Part shown: positions 28,103 to 38,951 of the stretch, one piece after another
Numbering within the stretch: the first letter of the stretch is position 1
Layout of the letters: each line of letters begins with the position of its first letter
Source: a bacterium
Lineage (GTDB): Bacteria > SAR324 > XYD2-FULL-50-16 > G965216635
DNA length: 64,000 nucleotides
NCBI GenBank assembly: GCA_965216635.1
Contig: OZ244188.1
Location: forward strand, 320,001 to 384,000
Direction of reading: 5' to 3'
The notes under the pieces: generated by a model
What the model was told of the DNA's origin: nothing
Databases searched by the model: none
What the model saw: only the letters and a program-made list of their open reading frames with translations
Program-made: the position numbers and the translations under genes

Positions 28103-29668
28103 ATGGAAATTAAAGAACTAGGCATGCAAGTGCCAGATGAAACCTATAATTTAGAACAAGCTAGATTAATAGAAGAAGCTATTATCAACAAAGAATGTCA
28201 ATTGGGACCAGAAGGAGTTTTATTGGCAAATACAGGTAAATACACAGGGCGTTCTCCAAAAGATCGCTTTCTAGTGGATGAGAAAAGCTCTAATGATAAA
28301 ATTGCTTGGGGTAAGATTAATCAAAAAATTTCTAAGGAAAATTTTGATAAACTCTTAGCGCTGGCAGTGAATTATTCCAAAAAACACAAACTCTATACTA
28401 CAGACTGTTTTTGCGGTGCTGATAAGAGATATAGAATAAAAGTGAGGTTTATTACAGAATTTGTTTGGCATAGTATCTTTGTGAGAAATATGTTTTTAAG
28501 AGCTGATAGAAAAGAATTTGAAAAAGTAAAAACGGATTTTACTGTTTTAAATGTGAGCAATTTAGTAGCAGCTGAACCTGAAAAATACGGGCTTCACAGT
28601 GAGGTTTTTATTGTTTTTGATATAGAAAAAAAAATAGGAATTATTGGAGGCACACAGTATAGCGGAGAAATGAAAAAAGGAATTTTTTCCTTTATGAATT
28701 ACTATTTGCCACAAGAAGGTGTTTTTCCTATGCACTGCTCGGCTAACAAAGGTATCAGGGGAGATGTAGCCTTGTTTTTTGGATTGTCTGGAACGGGCAA
28801 AACAACTATTTCTTCTGATCCAGAAAGACAACTGATAGGAGATGACGAACACGGTTGGTCTGAAGAAGGTATTTTTAATTTTGAAGGAGGCTGTTATGCT
28901 AAAACGATTGAGCTATCTCCTATCAAAGAGCCTGCTATATGCAATGCTCTGAGGTATGGCGCAATTTTAGAAAATGTGGTTTATGACCCAGATACCCGTA
29001 GAATCAATTATGACGACGACAGTATTACAGAAAATACTAGAGCCTCTTATCCTGTTTATCTAATAGATAAGGTGGTTTTCTCAGGTAGAGGGGGGCATCC
29101 CAAAAATATTATTTTTCTCACAGCAGATGCTTTTGGGGTTTTACCTCCAGTGGCTCATTTGACCACAGAACAGGCTATCTATCATTTTTTGAGTGGTTAT
29201 ACTTCTAAAGTAGCAGGTACAGAAAGAGGGATTTTAGAACCACAGGCTACTTTTTCTGCTTGTTTTGGAGAACCTTTTATGGTTTTAGAACCTAAGGTTT
29301 ATGGGGACCTACTAGCAAAAAAAATCAAAGAAAATCATTGTAATGTGTTCTTGGTAAATACTGGTTGGTGTGGTGGGAAATATGGAGTGGGACATAGAAT
29401 AGATTTAGATGTTACTCGCCATATTGTCTATGATATTCTTAATGAAAGTATACAGAGTTTAGAATATAGAATAGACGACATTTTTGGATTTGAAGTTCCT
29501 AAAAGTCTACCGGCTATTGATTCTAGATTATTGGATCCTGTGAAGCTATGGAAAGATAAAGTAGAATTTAAGAAGACAAAAGAAAATTTAGCAAAAATGT
29601 TTATAGAAAATTTCAATCGGTTTGGGAATTCTTTAGAAGATATAAAAGCTCATGGGCCCCATCTTTAA
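28103..29668 (+). CDS. pckA: Phosphoenolpyruvate carboxykinase (ATP)
   Basis: TGRSPKD, GEMKK, MHCSAN, GLSGTGKTT, LIGDDEHGW, NFEGGCYAK. Confidence 0.96.
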   Translation: MEIKELGMQVPDETYNLEQARLIEEAIINKECQLGPEGVLLANTGKYTGRSPKDRFLVDEKSSNDKIAWGKINQKISKENFDKLLALAVNYSKKHKLYTTDCFCGADKRYRIKVRFITEFVWHSIFVRNMFLRADRKEFEKVKTDFTVLNVSNLVAAEPEKYGLHSEVFIVFDIEKKIGIIGGTQYSGEMKKGIFSFMNYYLPQEGVFPMHCSANKGIRGDVALFFGLSGTGKTTISSDPERQLIGDDEHGWSEEGIFNFEGGCYAKTIELSPIKEPAICNALRYGAILENVVYDPDTRRINYDDDSITENTRASYPVYLIDKVVFSGRGGHPKNIIFLTADAFGVLPPVAHLTTEQAIYHFLSGYTSKVAGTERGILEPQATFSACFGEPFMVLEPKVYGDLLAKKIKENHCNVFLVNTGWCGGKYGVGHRIDLDVTRHIVYDILNESIQSLEYRIDDIFGFEVPKSLPAIDSRLLDPVKLWKDKVEFKKTKENLAKMFIENFNRFGNSLEDIKAHGPHL

Positions 29669-29685
29669 TTAATGTATGACTTAAC

Positions 29686-29922
29686 GAGACTATTGAATTA
29701 GACATTCTAGTTCAGCAAAACAGGCTTACTGCGTTCACTTTATACAGGATATAGTAAAAGAGCCACTGGCTCTCTTATTCCAATCTACAGGCATTTCACT
29801 TTTGCTAAATGCAAATTATAGAGTGCCCTAGTACAATTATTGTGGCACTACGATATTCCTCTTGAGTAAAAAATTTTTGCGCCTTGTTTAGCTTTCCTAT
29901 AATGCTAAAGTTTAACAGTCTC
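29686..29922. mobile_element. MITE-like palindromic element, long form (copy B)
   Basis: Imperfect TIR gagactattgaatt / agtttaacagtctc; shares ggatatagtaaaagagccactggctct and cactacgatattcct with copy A. Confidence 0.65.
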
Positions 29923-29943
29923 TTAACAATCTCAAAATATCTT

Positions 29944-31362
29944 ATGAAAAAAAAACTATTATCTCAACAAAGGCTGAAAGAAATTTTTCAACCTTTAAAA
30001 GTTGCCAACGACAATTATAGGGAAATTTACCCCAGTCTTCTAGATGTTGGGCAACCCATCCATACTGTCTATGGGGGAGCTCATTTATTTAAAGCCAATT
30101 TAGTAGAAAAATTGGGCGCTATTGCTAAAAAAATATTCTTAACCTACGCCCCAGATCCCGTTACTTTTAGTCAAGCTATAAGGTTAAAAGGCTGGGATAG
30201 ACTACCTGAAAATTCCGCGGGTAAGGAGTGGCTTTTAGAACAATTACCTAAAAATTATGAACCTAGTTGGTTAGCAGAAACTATTTGGCAGAGAATTTTA
30301 GACAAACTACAACAAGAACCTGTAGAAGATTTTCGTATAGATTTTGAAGACGGATTTGGAGTCAGAAACGACGAAGAAGAAGATAAAGTAGCTTTTGAAG
30401 CAGCTCAAGAATTAGGACAAGGAATGAAAGAAAAAATTATGCCGAATTTTATTGGTATTAGAATTAAAGATTTTGAGCATTTTTATGAACGTTCCGTTTC
30501 TACTTTGGATATATTTTTGAGTAGCCTCTTAGAAAAAACAGACAACCAACTTCCTAATAATTTTGTAGTTACTTTACCTAAGGTTTTCATCCCAGAACAG
30601 GTTCAATGTTTGGTTCAAGTTTTTGAAGATTTAGAAAAAATTCATTCGTTAAAACCGAATTCTTTAAAAATGGAAATTATGATAGAAGCAACACAATCTA
30701 TAATCAATGCTAAAGGAAAAACTGCGATTTGGGATTTGACCCGAGCAGCAAAAGGGCGTTGTCGTGGGCTGCATTTTGGAACCTACGATTATACTGCGTC
30801 TTGTGGAATTATAGCTTCCCATCAAAAAATGGATAATCCTGTTTGTGATTTTGCAAAACACATAATGCAGACAACAGCTATAGGAACAAATTTGATGCTC
30901 TCCGATGGTTCTACAAATATTTTTCCAGTTCCAGTTTATCCAGATCCTAAAAATCCTGTAGAAATACAAGAGAATTTGAAAAATGTACATGCTGCTTGGA
31001 AATTGCAATTTGATCATATTAACCACTCTCTGGAAAGTGGTTTTTATCAAGGATGGGATCTTCATCCAGGCCAAATTCCTATTCGTTATGCTGCTTGCTA
31101 TTCCTTTTATCTTTCTGCTTTTAAAGAAACATCTAAGAGAATGAAAAACTTTTTAGAAGTTAGTGGAAAAGCAATGTTGAGTAGTAATGTTTTTGACGAT
31201 GCTGCTACTGGTCAAGGGTTGGTGAATTTTTTTTTAAGAGCTTATAATTGCAAAGCTATACTCCGAGAAGAAATTGAAGAAATGGGTATTACTCCAGAGG
31301 TGTTGCAAACAAAATCTTTTCCTAAAATCATTGCTGAATACAAAAAAAATGAGAATAAATGA
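29944..31362 (+). CDS. HpcH/citrate-lyase/malate-synthase-like TIM-barrel protein (DUF6986-like)
   Basis: [42 protein letters not shown] and QGWDLHP motifs. Confidence 0.7.
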   Translation: MKKKLLSQQRLKEIFQPLKVANDNYREIYPSLLDVGQPIHTVYGGAHLFKANLVEKLGAIAKKIFLTYAPDPVTFSQAIRLKGWDRLPENSAGKEWLLEQLPKNYEPSWLAETIWQRILDKLQQEPVEDFRIDFEDGFGVRNDEEEDKVAFEAAQELGQGMKEKIMPNFIGIRIKDFEHFYERSVSTLDIFLSSLLEKTDNQLPNNFVVTLPKVFIPEQVQCLVQVFEDLEKIHSLKPNSLKMEIMIEATQSIINAKGKTAIWDLTRAAKGRCRGLHFGTYDYTASCGIIASHQKMDNPVCDFAKHIMQTTAIGTNLMLSDGSTNIFPVPVYPDPKNPVEIQENLKNVHAAWKLQFDHINHSLESGFYQGWDLHPGQIPIRYAACYSFYLSAFKETSKRMKNFLEVSGKAMLSSNVFDDAATGQGLVNFFLRAYNCKAILREEIEEMGITPEVLQTKSFPKIIAEYKKNENK

Positions 31363-32401
31363 CGAAGTAAAACTAGATTTTGCGGATGTTTTAATCAGAC
31401 CTAAAAGATCTGTATTGTCTTCTCGTAAAAAAGTAATTCTAGAAAGAAACTTAAAGTTTAAAAAAATAAAAAAAGAGTGGAAAGGCATTCCTATTATTGC
31501 AGCCAATATGGATCATGTAGGAACTTTTGAGATGGCAGAAAAATTGAACGAATTTAATATATTGACAGCTTTGCACCGCTTTTACTCTCAAAATGAATTT
31601 GAAAAAAAAATAGAGCATTTCAAAAAGAAGGATCCTACTTTAAAATTTTTTAAAAACATAATGGTCACTACCGGCATGCAAGAAAGTAGCTATCAATCCT
31701 GCCGAGAAATACTGAAACAGTTTCCTGAAATAGATTGGATTTGTATTGATGTTGCCAATGGTTATTCTGAAATTTTTGTAAAATTCGTAGCAAAAGTGAG
31801 AGGCGACTACCCTGATAAAATTATTGTAGCTGGTAATGTATGTACTCCAGAAATGACTGAACAGCTCATTATAGCAGGCACAGATGTAGTAAAAATTGGT
31901 ATAGGTCCAGGCTCTGTTTGCACTACGAGAGCGCTTACAGGAATAGGTTATCCCCAACTGTCTGCTGTAATTGAATGCGCTGATGCTGCTCACGGCCTTT
32001 CTGGAAAAATTATTTCCGATGGTGGCTGCACTGTTGCGGGAGATGTTGGTAAGGCTTTTGGAGGGGGAGCAGATTTTGTGATGATAGGAGGCATGTTGGC
32101 GGGACACGATGAATGTCAAGGCGAAGTGATAGATAATAAAATGAAATTTTATGGGATGTCTTCTGCAGTTGCTATGGATAGATATATTGGAGGAATGAAA
32201 GATTATAGGGCTTCTGAAGGGAAAGAAGTTATGGTTCCTTATAAAGGGGCAGTTGTAAAAACGATTCAAGAAATACTAGGAGGTTTGCGTTCTGCTTGCT
32301 CCTACGCTGGAGCTAGTCAACTAAAATACCTTCCTCGGTGTACTACTTTTATACGGGTATACCGTCAACTGAACGAATCCCTTTCTCCAACACCAATGTA
32401 A
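31349..32401 (+). CDS. guaC: GMP reductase
   Basis: [51 protein letters not shown]. Confidence 0.93.
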   Translation: MRINDEVKLDFADVLIRPKRSVLSSRKKVILERNLKFKKIKKEWKGIPIIAANMDHVGTFEMAEKLNEFNILTALHRFYSQNEFEKKIEHFKKKDPTLKFFKNIMVTTGMQESSYQSCREILKQFPEIDWICIDVANGYSEIFVKFVAKVRGDYPDKIIVAGNVCTPEMTEQLIIAGTDVVKIGIGPGSVCTTRALTGIGYPQLSAVIECADAAHGLSGKIISDGGCTVAGDVGKAFGGGADFVMIGGMLAGHDECQGEVIDNKMKFYGMSSAVAMDRYIGGMKDYRASEGKEVMVPYKGAVVKTIQEILGGLRSACSYAGASQLKYLPRCTTFIRVYRQLNESLSPTPM

Positions 32402-32415
32402 TTCAAAAAAAAATC

Positions 32416-33405
32416 ATGAAAATAGCTATTATTGGTTTGGGATATTGGGGACCGAATTTAGTAAAAAATTTTTATACAACAGAGCAAATTCAAATCAAAT
32501 ATATTTGCGATTTAGACGAAAAAAAAACTAAAGAGATCATTTCCCAATACCCCAATATTTCTGTTGCAACTACAAATAGTGATCGTGTGATGCAAGATAC
32601 AGAAATCCAAGCCGTAGTTATAGCCACACCTGTGAGCACCCATTATACTCTTGCCAAACAAGCTTTGTTGGCGGGCAAACATGTTTTAATAGAAAAACCG
32701 ATTACTGATAATATTGCGGAGGCTGAAGAACTGGTAGCACTAGCGGAAAAACACAATCTTATTCTTATGGTAGATCATATTTCTGTCTATATTGGAGCTG
32801 TCCAAAAAATTAAAGAAGTTATTCAAAATGGAGATATAGGAGAAGTTTTATATTTTACTGCTGTGCGTATCAATCTGGGTCAATTTCAAAGAGATGTCAA
32901 TGTGGTTTGGGATCTAGTGCCACACGATCTATCTATTTTAAAATATACAATCAACGAACAACCAGTTGCTGTAAGTGCGGTAGGCTCCAAACATTTTGGG
33001 GAGTTGGAAAATATTGCCTATATTAATATTTTATATAAAACCGAAATGATTGCTCATTGCCATGTGAATTGGCTCTCTCCTGTTAAAATTCGTAGTTTGG
33101 TGATTGCTGGTAACAATAAAATGTTAGTCTATAACGACTTGAAACCACACGAAACTCTAAAAATTTGTGACAAGAGCGTTCATTACAATAACGGATCCAT
33201 TGATTATAAATCAGGAGAGACTGAAATCCTTAAAATAGATACTAGCGCTGCGTTACCTAAAGTATGCAATGCTTTCAGAGAATCTATTCAAAAAAGTATT
33301 GCTCCTATTACGGATGGAAAGTATGGATTAGATATTGTAAGAATTATTACAGCGGCACAAACTTCTATTCATCAACGAGGGCAACCGATTCCTATTCAGT
33401 TTTAG
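32416..33405 (+). CDS. Gfo/Idh/MocA family oxidoreductase (nucleotide-sugar dehydrogenase-like)
   Basis: IIGLGYWG, HVLIEKP and WDLVPHD motifs. Confidence 0.88.
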   Translation: MKIAIIGLGYWGPNLVKNFYTTEQIQIKYICDLDEKKTKEIISQYPNISVATTNSDRVMQDTEIQAVVIATPVSTHYTLAKQALLAGKHVLIEKPITDNIAEAEELVALAEKHNLILMVDHISVYIGAVQKIKEVIQNGDIGEVLYFTAVRINLGQFQRDVNVVWDLVPHDLSILKYTINEQPVAVSAVGSKHFGELENIAYINILYKTEMIAHCHVNWLSPVKIRSLVIAGNNKMLVYNDLKPHETLKICDKSVHYNNGSIDYKSGETEILKIDTSAALPKVCNAFRESIQKSIAPITDGKYGLDIVRIITAAQTSIHQRGQPIPIQF

Positions 33406-33422
33406 TTACTTGAATTAACTTA

Positions 33423-34916
33423 ATGCAAAGACTACTTTTCACGGATTCTGTTTTTATAGACGCTTTCTTAAAACAAAAAGAGGCAGCTATAAAAGCCATA
33501 AACTATTGCAACCAATCAGCTCATCTTCAAGGTTGGGTTTTGGCAAATATCACAGAAAAATTATTAGAAGCATCTCTGACAGAAGAGCAAATTGTAGAGG
33601 CTCTACAAAATTTTTCTACAATCCCCATCAACGCAACACTCAGCAAGGCTGCTCTTAACTGTTGTAGTTCTTCCAAATTGGAGTATGAAAAAGCTCTTTT
33701 AGAAGAGTCTGCTAGTGTTTTCAAAATTGCTAAAATTGTTGATTGTGATTTTGTTGAAAAAGATAGTCTGCTTTATTTAGATTGTGAGCAGGTTCTAGGG
33801 TTGTTAGAAGATACAGAAGTAGCGTTTTTAGATTTAAAAGCAGATTTGCACCCTATACTAGATAGAATAGATGGGGGTTATATGGAAATCATTCAAAATA
33901 CAGAATTTTCTGGTGGAAACCATGTAGTTGCTTTTGAAAAAGAATTTGCCTCTTATTGTGGCACTCGCTACGCTGCCGCGCTCTCTAATGGAACAGACGC
34001 TTTGAGATTAGCCTTAGTTGCGATGGGTATAACAAAAGGAGACGAAGTTATCACTGTGCCGAATACTTTTATTGCTACTACAGAAGTGATTTCACAGCTA
34101 GGAGCCAAGGTTGTTTTTGTAGATGTTTTGCAGGAAAGCTATAATATGAACCCTCAGAAAATTGAGGAAAAAATTAATAATAAAACAAAGGCTATTATTC
34201 CCGTTCATCTTTACGGACAGGTTGCAGATATGGATCCTATTTTAAAAATTGCTAGAAAACATAATTTGAAAATATTAGAAGATGCATCTCAAGCACAAGG
34301 TGCTTTTTATAAAAACCAAAGAGCGGGAAGTCTTGGAGATGCGGCTGCTTTTAGTTTGTATCCATCCAAAAATTTAGGTGCTTTTGGAGAAGCGGGAGTA
34401 GTAACTAGCAATAACAAAAATATCATAGAAAAAATAGAAATTCTTAAGAATCACGGACAAAACAGACAATACTCCTATCAAATGGAAGGCTACAATGCCC
34501 GTATGGATAATCTGCAAGCAGTTGTTTTAAGAACTAAGCTCGCTTATTTAGAGCAGTGGAACGAAAAGAGAAGAAAAATTGCAGATTGTTATGGTGTGGG
34601 ATTAAAAAATTGCTCGCAAATTAGGTTGCCCAAAATACAGACTGGATGTCAGTCGGTTTTTTATCTTTATCCCATTTTAGCAGAAAAAATTCAACTGCTA
34701 CACAGCTATCTTTTAGACAAGCAAATTCAAACCCGCGTTGGTTATTCCCACCCATTGCATTTAGAACCAGCGTATAGTTTTTTAAATCAAAAACAAGGAA
34801 GTTATCCTGTAGCTGAAAGCTATTTTAAGAAACTTCTCTGTTTGCCGATTTATCCTACTTTGAGTAAAACAAAAGCACGAAAAGTTATAGATGCTATTTT
34901 GAAATTTTATCAGTAA
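33423..34916 (+). CDS. DegT/DnrJ/EryC1/StrS aminotransferase with a ~130-aa N-terminal extension
   Basis: NGTDAL, PVHLYGQ, EDASQAQG and SLYPSKNLG motifs, starting from about residue 133. Confidence 0.88.
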   Translation: MQRLLFTDSVFIDAFLKQKEAAIKAINYCNQSAHLQGWVLANITEKLLEASLTEEQIVEALQNFSTIPINATLSKAALNCCSSSKLEYEKALLEESASVFKIAKIVDCDFVEKDSLLYLDCEQVLGLLEDTEVAFLDLKADLHPILDRIDGGYMEIIQNTEFSGGNHVVAFEKEFASYCGTRYAAALSNGTDALRLALVAMGITKGDEVITVPNTFIATTEVISQLGAKVVFVDVLQESYNMNPQKIEEKINNKTKAIIPVHLYGQVADMDPILKIARKHNLKILEDASQAQGAFYKNQRAGSLGDAAAFSLYPSKNLGAFGEAGVVTSNNKNIIEKIEILKNHGQNRQYSYQMEGYNARMDNLQAVVLRTKLAYLEQWNEKRRKIADCYGVGLKNCSQIRLPKIQTGCQSVFYLYPILAEKIQLLHSYLLDKQIQTRVGYSHPLHLEPAYSFLNQKQGSYPVAESYFKKLLCLPIYPTLSKTKARKVIDAILKFYQ

Positions 34917-34974
34917 GGTTGCCGAAAATATGTTAAAGAATTGGAATTTTAGCTCATAAAATTTTTTAAGAGAA

Positions 34975-36135
34975 ATGAAAAAAATATTAACAATTATAGG
35001 AGAAGCTTCGGGTGACTTACACGGTGGCAATGTGCTAGTGAAGTTAAAGAAAATCAACCCTTCTTTAAAGATTATTGGTACGGGTGGAAAACTTTTTCAA
35101 AGCATAGCCGATAAAACTTATCACTTTATTGAAGAAATGGAGGTTGTTGGACTGATTGAAGTTTTTAAAAGCTGGAAAAAATTAAAAGCTATCCTGCAAA
35201 AAATGACTGCTTTGTTAGATAGTGAGTTACCAGATGCAGTATTTTTAGTAGACTATGTGGGTTTTAATCTCCGCTTTGCGGAGCAAGCAAAAAAAAGAAA
35301 AATTCCTGTTTATTTTTACATTTCTCCACAAATCTGGGCTTGGAAAAAAAAACGTATTCAAAAAATCAGAGACTATGTAGATAAACTGATTGTTTTATTT
35401 CCTTTTGAAAAAAAATATTTTGCAAATAGAGGGATGCAAGTAGAATGTTTTGGACATCCTTTATTAGATATCGTTAAAACTAGTAGCAGCAAAGAAAAAT
35501 GTTTTCATAAATTCCATTTATCTCTTAGTAAAAAACTCGTTTGCCTATTGCCCGGTAGCAGACAGCAAGAGATAAAAAAGCACTTACCTGTTTTATTAAA
35601 AACTGTTCCTTTACTAGCTAGAAAAGATAAAAATGTTCAATTTGTCTGCATTACTGCTTCTAAAGAAGCTTTGATAGTAGCGAAAGCTGTTTTTTCTAGC
35701 CAAAAAAATTCCGTTCAAAAAAATCAGCAAAAGGTTTTTTTTGTTTGTGAAGATAGCTATAACCTTATAAGTTATGCTGCGTTAGCTTTGACTTCATCGG
35801 GGACTGTGACTTTAGAAACTGCTATTTTAGAGACTCCAATGATTATTTTTTATCAGGCAAATTCTCTTTCTTATTTTATATTTAAGTATCTTTTTAAAAT
35901 CCGAATCATCGGTCTCCCCAATATTGTGATGGGGAAAAAATTTGTGCCAGAATTGGTGCAGAGTAATTTTACTCCTCAAAAACTCACCCAAAAATCTCTG
36001 GAAATTCTACAAAAAAAAACAATATACCAAAAAATGACAACCCACTTTCCCTCCTTGAAAAAAAAATTAGGCACAAAAGGGGCTTATAAAAACACTGCAA
36101 AATATTTACACAAACAGATAAAAAATATCCCGTAG
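34975..36135 (+). CDS. lpxB: Lipid-A-disaccharide synthase
   Basis: GEASGDLHG, VDYVGFN, SPQIWAW, FPFE, GHPL, LLPGSR, SGTVTLE, LPNI. Confidence 0.95.
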   Translation: MKKILTIIGEASGDLHGGNVLVKLKKINPSLKIIGTGGKLFQSIADKTYHFIEEMEVVGLIEVFKSWKKLKAILQKMTALLDSELPDAVFLVDYVGFNLRFAEQAKKRKIPVYFYISPQIWAWKKKRIQKIRDYVDKLIVLFPFEKKYFANRGMQVECFGHPLLDIVKTSSSKEKCFHKFHLSLSKKLVCLLPGSRQQEIKKHLPVLLKTVPLLARKDKNVQFVCITASKEALIVAKAVFSSQKNSVQKNQQKVFFVCEDSYNLISYAALALTSSGTVTLETAILETPMIIFYQANSLSYFIFKYLFKIRIIGLPNIVMGKKFVPELVQSNFTPQKLTQKSLEILQKKTIYQKMTTHFPSLKKKLGTKGAYKNTAKYLHKQIKNIP

Positions 36136-36142
36136 ACTATTT

Positions 36143-36898
36143 ATGGAGGTTACCACTGAAACCGCTATTTTTTTATTTTTTATAGCTTTTTTAGCAGGTT
36201 GGATAGACGCTGTTGCTGGAGGTGGAGGATTATTAACTCTACCCGCTATGCTACTTGTAGGCATCCCACCGACAGACGCTTTAGCAACAAATAAATTTCA
36301 ATCTAGTAGCGGAACTTTTACTGCTTCTCTTTATTTTATTAAAAAAAAAGCTGTAAAACTAAAAGAGATGTATTGGATGATTGCGATGACTTTTTTAGGT
36401 TCTATGGCTGGAAGCTGGTTAGTATTGCAAACAGATGCTAGTGCTTTAACAAAAATCATCCCCTTCCTACTCATTTTTATAGGCTTGTATTTCTTATTTT
36501 CTTCTCAGCAGGATATAGACAGAAAAACAAGAATCTCTCTGATTGTTTTTGCTTTACTTATTGCTCCTTGTATTGGATTTTATGATGGATTTTTTGGTCC
36601 AGGAACAGGTAACTTTTTTACTTTATCTTTTGTTTTTTTTTTAGGATACAACCTTTCTAAAGCAACCGCTCATTGCAAAATCCTCAACTTTACCAGTAAT
36701 ATTTCAGCTCTTTTTTATTTTGCTATTTTTGGTAATATTGCTTGGATGTTTGGTTTGGTTATGATTGGAGGACAGGTACTAGGAGCCTTATTAGGCTCTA
36801 AAATGCTATGGAAAAAAGGTGCTAAACTCATCCGTCCTGTAGCTGTGATTGTTTGTTTTTTAATGGCTTTCAGAATTATCTGGCAAAACCTACATTGA
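36143..36898 (+). CDS. TSUP (TauE/SafE, YfcA-like) transporter
   Basis: IDAVAGGGGL, ATNK and GFYDGFFGPGTG motifs. Confidence 0.9.
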   Translation: MEVTTETAIFLFFIAFLAGWIDAVAGGGGLLTLPAMLLVGIPPTDALATNKFQSSSGTFTASLYFIKKKAVKLKEMYWMIAMTFLGSMAGSWLVLQTDASALTKIIPFLLIFIGLYFLFSSQQDIDRKTRISLIVFALLIAPCIGFYDGFFGPGTGNFFTLSFVFFLGYNLSKATAHCKILNFTSNISALFYFAIFGNIAWMFGLVMIGGQVLGALLGSKMLWKKGAKLIRPVAVIVCFLMAFRIIWQNLH

Positions 36899-36974
36899 AT
36901 TGGGCTTTATGAAGACTACATTTTATAAAGATTTTTTAAACAAGAAAATCATACTATGAGTTGTATTTTTATTT

Positions 36975-38417
36975 TCACATAAATTCATCTATTTTTTGCT
37001 TACGTCTTTTAAAAAAATCTACTGCTTTTTTTACATTATAATTATTGAGTTTTTCTGCCCATTTTTCTATAGGTTGCCAACTCCAGGAATCTAAACCTAT
37101 GTTAGAAGAGTATTGGTTTTTGAAAAATTTGAGTTTTTTACCCAAATCTTCTTGGGTAAAAGATAAAGAATCTTTCAAGATTTTTAGCATATCAAATTGT
37201 ATCATTGCTTCTTCATCAGTAGCAAATCTTTTTTGAAATTCTGTTACTAAGTTTTGCTCAAAAGGTTTGTTAGTGACTAAAAATAACTCAATAAGATAAA
37301 TATAAGCTAATGATTCATATTCTGGATCAATTTCAATAGTTTTTTTATAGGTATTTATGGCTTTTTCATATTGTTCTAATTCAGTATAAGCAAGACCCAT
37401 ATTAAAAAAAGCATTCATAGCTTGAAAATTAACTTGAATAGATTCTTTATAAAATTCAACTGCTTTTTCATATTCCTCTAATTTAAAATAAACGTTGCCG
37501 ATTAAAAAAAGAGCATTATCATCTTTGGGATTAGTTTTGATATATCCTTCCCAAGATTCAATGGCTTTTAGGTACTGTTCTTCTTGAAAGTAATGTAATC
37601 CTTTTTTAAATATCTCTTCTGGTGTTTTCTCTGAAGAAATCGGACGATCATAACTATTCACAGTCGCAAATCCGTAAATATCTTGGAATAGAGTTTTTTC
37701 ATTAACAGCAAAATGCAAAGATAAATATTCTCTGATTTCTCTTTTTTTATCTGCTTTAATACAAATTTTTTTTACAGGTGTTATTACACTTTCAAGATTT
37801 TCGGAACCAAAAATAAAAACTCCTTTTTGGGCAAAAATCCTTGTATTACTCTTAAACTTAGGTTTTAAATAATAAAATTTATTATTATCTAATTTATCTA
37901 AAATAGCTTTTATCTCTTCTTGATTATCTTCTATAGATAAAGGTTTAAAATCTACTGAACCAATATGTAAAATAAATACACAACCATCCTTTTTCAATAT
38001 GCTCCCTTCTTTTTCTTCTGAGAAATCTTCACAAGCAAACCAAAGAGAAATTAAGGCATCACTACTAAAATCTATAAGTCCAGTTGCTGCTTGATAATGC
38101 TGTAATTCTGCTAGTAGTTGAATATCATTTAAAATTTGCCCTTTATAGTCTTTATGATATTGATAATCCTTTGCTTCTTTGAGTAATTCTTGATGGTATT
38201 GAATAAATTGAGATTTTGTTGGAATGATTTTATTTTTTTCTTTTCCTAAGTTCAAACGGCGATAGTAAGAAGATACAATTTTCCATTCTATGTTCCTTTG
38301 TCCTCTGAAAATATAATTTTTTTCTAAATCACTGGATTTTTTGTTCAGTTCTTGAATATATTCTTCAATAGAAGAAATTGATGTAACTTCGTCGTTTTTG
38401 TCTTTTTTATTACTCAT
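36975..38417 (-). CDS. Third FRG-domain protein with ~3 TPR repeats
   Basis: YIFRGQ, LQHYQAATGLIDFS, LWFAC, RIFAQKGVF; TPR-like helices at residues ~267-370. Confidence 0.82.
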   Translation of the reverse strand: MSNKKDKNDEVTSISSIEEYIQELNKKSSDLEKNYIFRGQRNIEWKIVSSYYRRLNLGKEKNKIIPTKSQFIQYHQELLKEAKDYQYHKDYKGQILNDIQLLAELQHYQAATGLIDFSSDALISLWFACEDFSEEKEGSILKKDGCVFILHIGSVDFKPLSIEDNQEEIKAILDKLDNNKFYYLKPKFKSNTRIFAQKGVFIFGSENLESVITPVKKICIKADKKREIREYLSLHFAVNEKTLFQDIYGFATVNSYDRPISSEKTPEEIFKKGLHYFQEEQYLKAIESWEGYIKTNPKDDNALFLIGNVYFKLEEYEKAVEFYKESIQVNFQAMNAFFNMGLAYTELEQYEKAINTYKKTIEIDPEYESLAYIYLIELFLVTNKPFEQNLVTEFQKRFATDEEAMIQFDMLKILKDSLSFTQEDLGKKLKFFKNQYSSNIGLDSWSWQPIEKWAEKLNNYNVKKAVDFFKRRKQKIDEFM

Positions 38418-38559
38418 TTTTCTATTTCTCTTAGGTATTGTGAGATCATAATTTTTAATTTAGATTATTTTTAAATTTTTTTCTTGAAATTTTTTTTAAA
38501 ATTTTATAATAATATTAATTATGGATGGTATATGTTTTCTACTACAAAAAAAAATTAAA

Positions 38560-38718
38560 ATGCCAAATAAAAAACAAACTTCAAAATCAGGAGCATCAAA
38601 ATCAGTAGCATCAAAATCAGTAGCATCAAAATCTAGTAAGCAATTAAGATATGATAGAACATCTAAAACATCTAACACTATTGCCGCTTCTGCTTTGTCC
38701 CAAATGAGAAGAAGATAA
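38560..38718 (+). CDS. Small basic Ser/Lys-rich protein with a 15-bp repeat expansion
   Basis: MPNKKQTSK...ASK.SKQLR...TSKTS..IAASALSQ resembles a recurrent small hypothetical protein family; tcaaaatcagtagca repeats at 38581-38633. Confidence 0.55.
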   Translation: MPNKKQTSKSGASKSVASKSVASKSSKQLRYDRTSKTSNTIAASALSQMRRR

Positions 38719-38951
38719 TAATACAGATAGGCAAGACCAAAGAAAATTTGAAGGATGGAGGTATAAAGAAAATGAATAATAAAACTCAAAATCCAAACAA
38801 TTACTCTGGGTATCCAGCAACAATTACTGAAACATCAGATAAAATGGATGCCTTGCCAATATAATGAAAAACAAAGTTACTGTTCTTAAACTTGATATTA
38901 AAAAAAGACCCCTTTTAACAAGAAAATATAGATTAAATCCTATTTCTTCTT

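Noticed and set aside
30664..32269. Minus-strand ORFs of 136 and 209 aa
   Set aside because: Fully antisense to well-supported genes (DUF6986-like, guaC), with no recognisable motifs.
38772..38930. Possible small gene relic downstream of the 52-aa ORF
   Set aside because: Only a ~30-codon ORF with no motif I can support.
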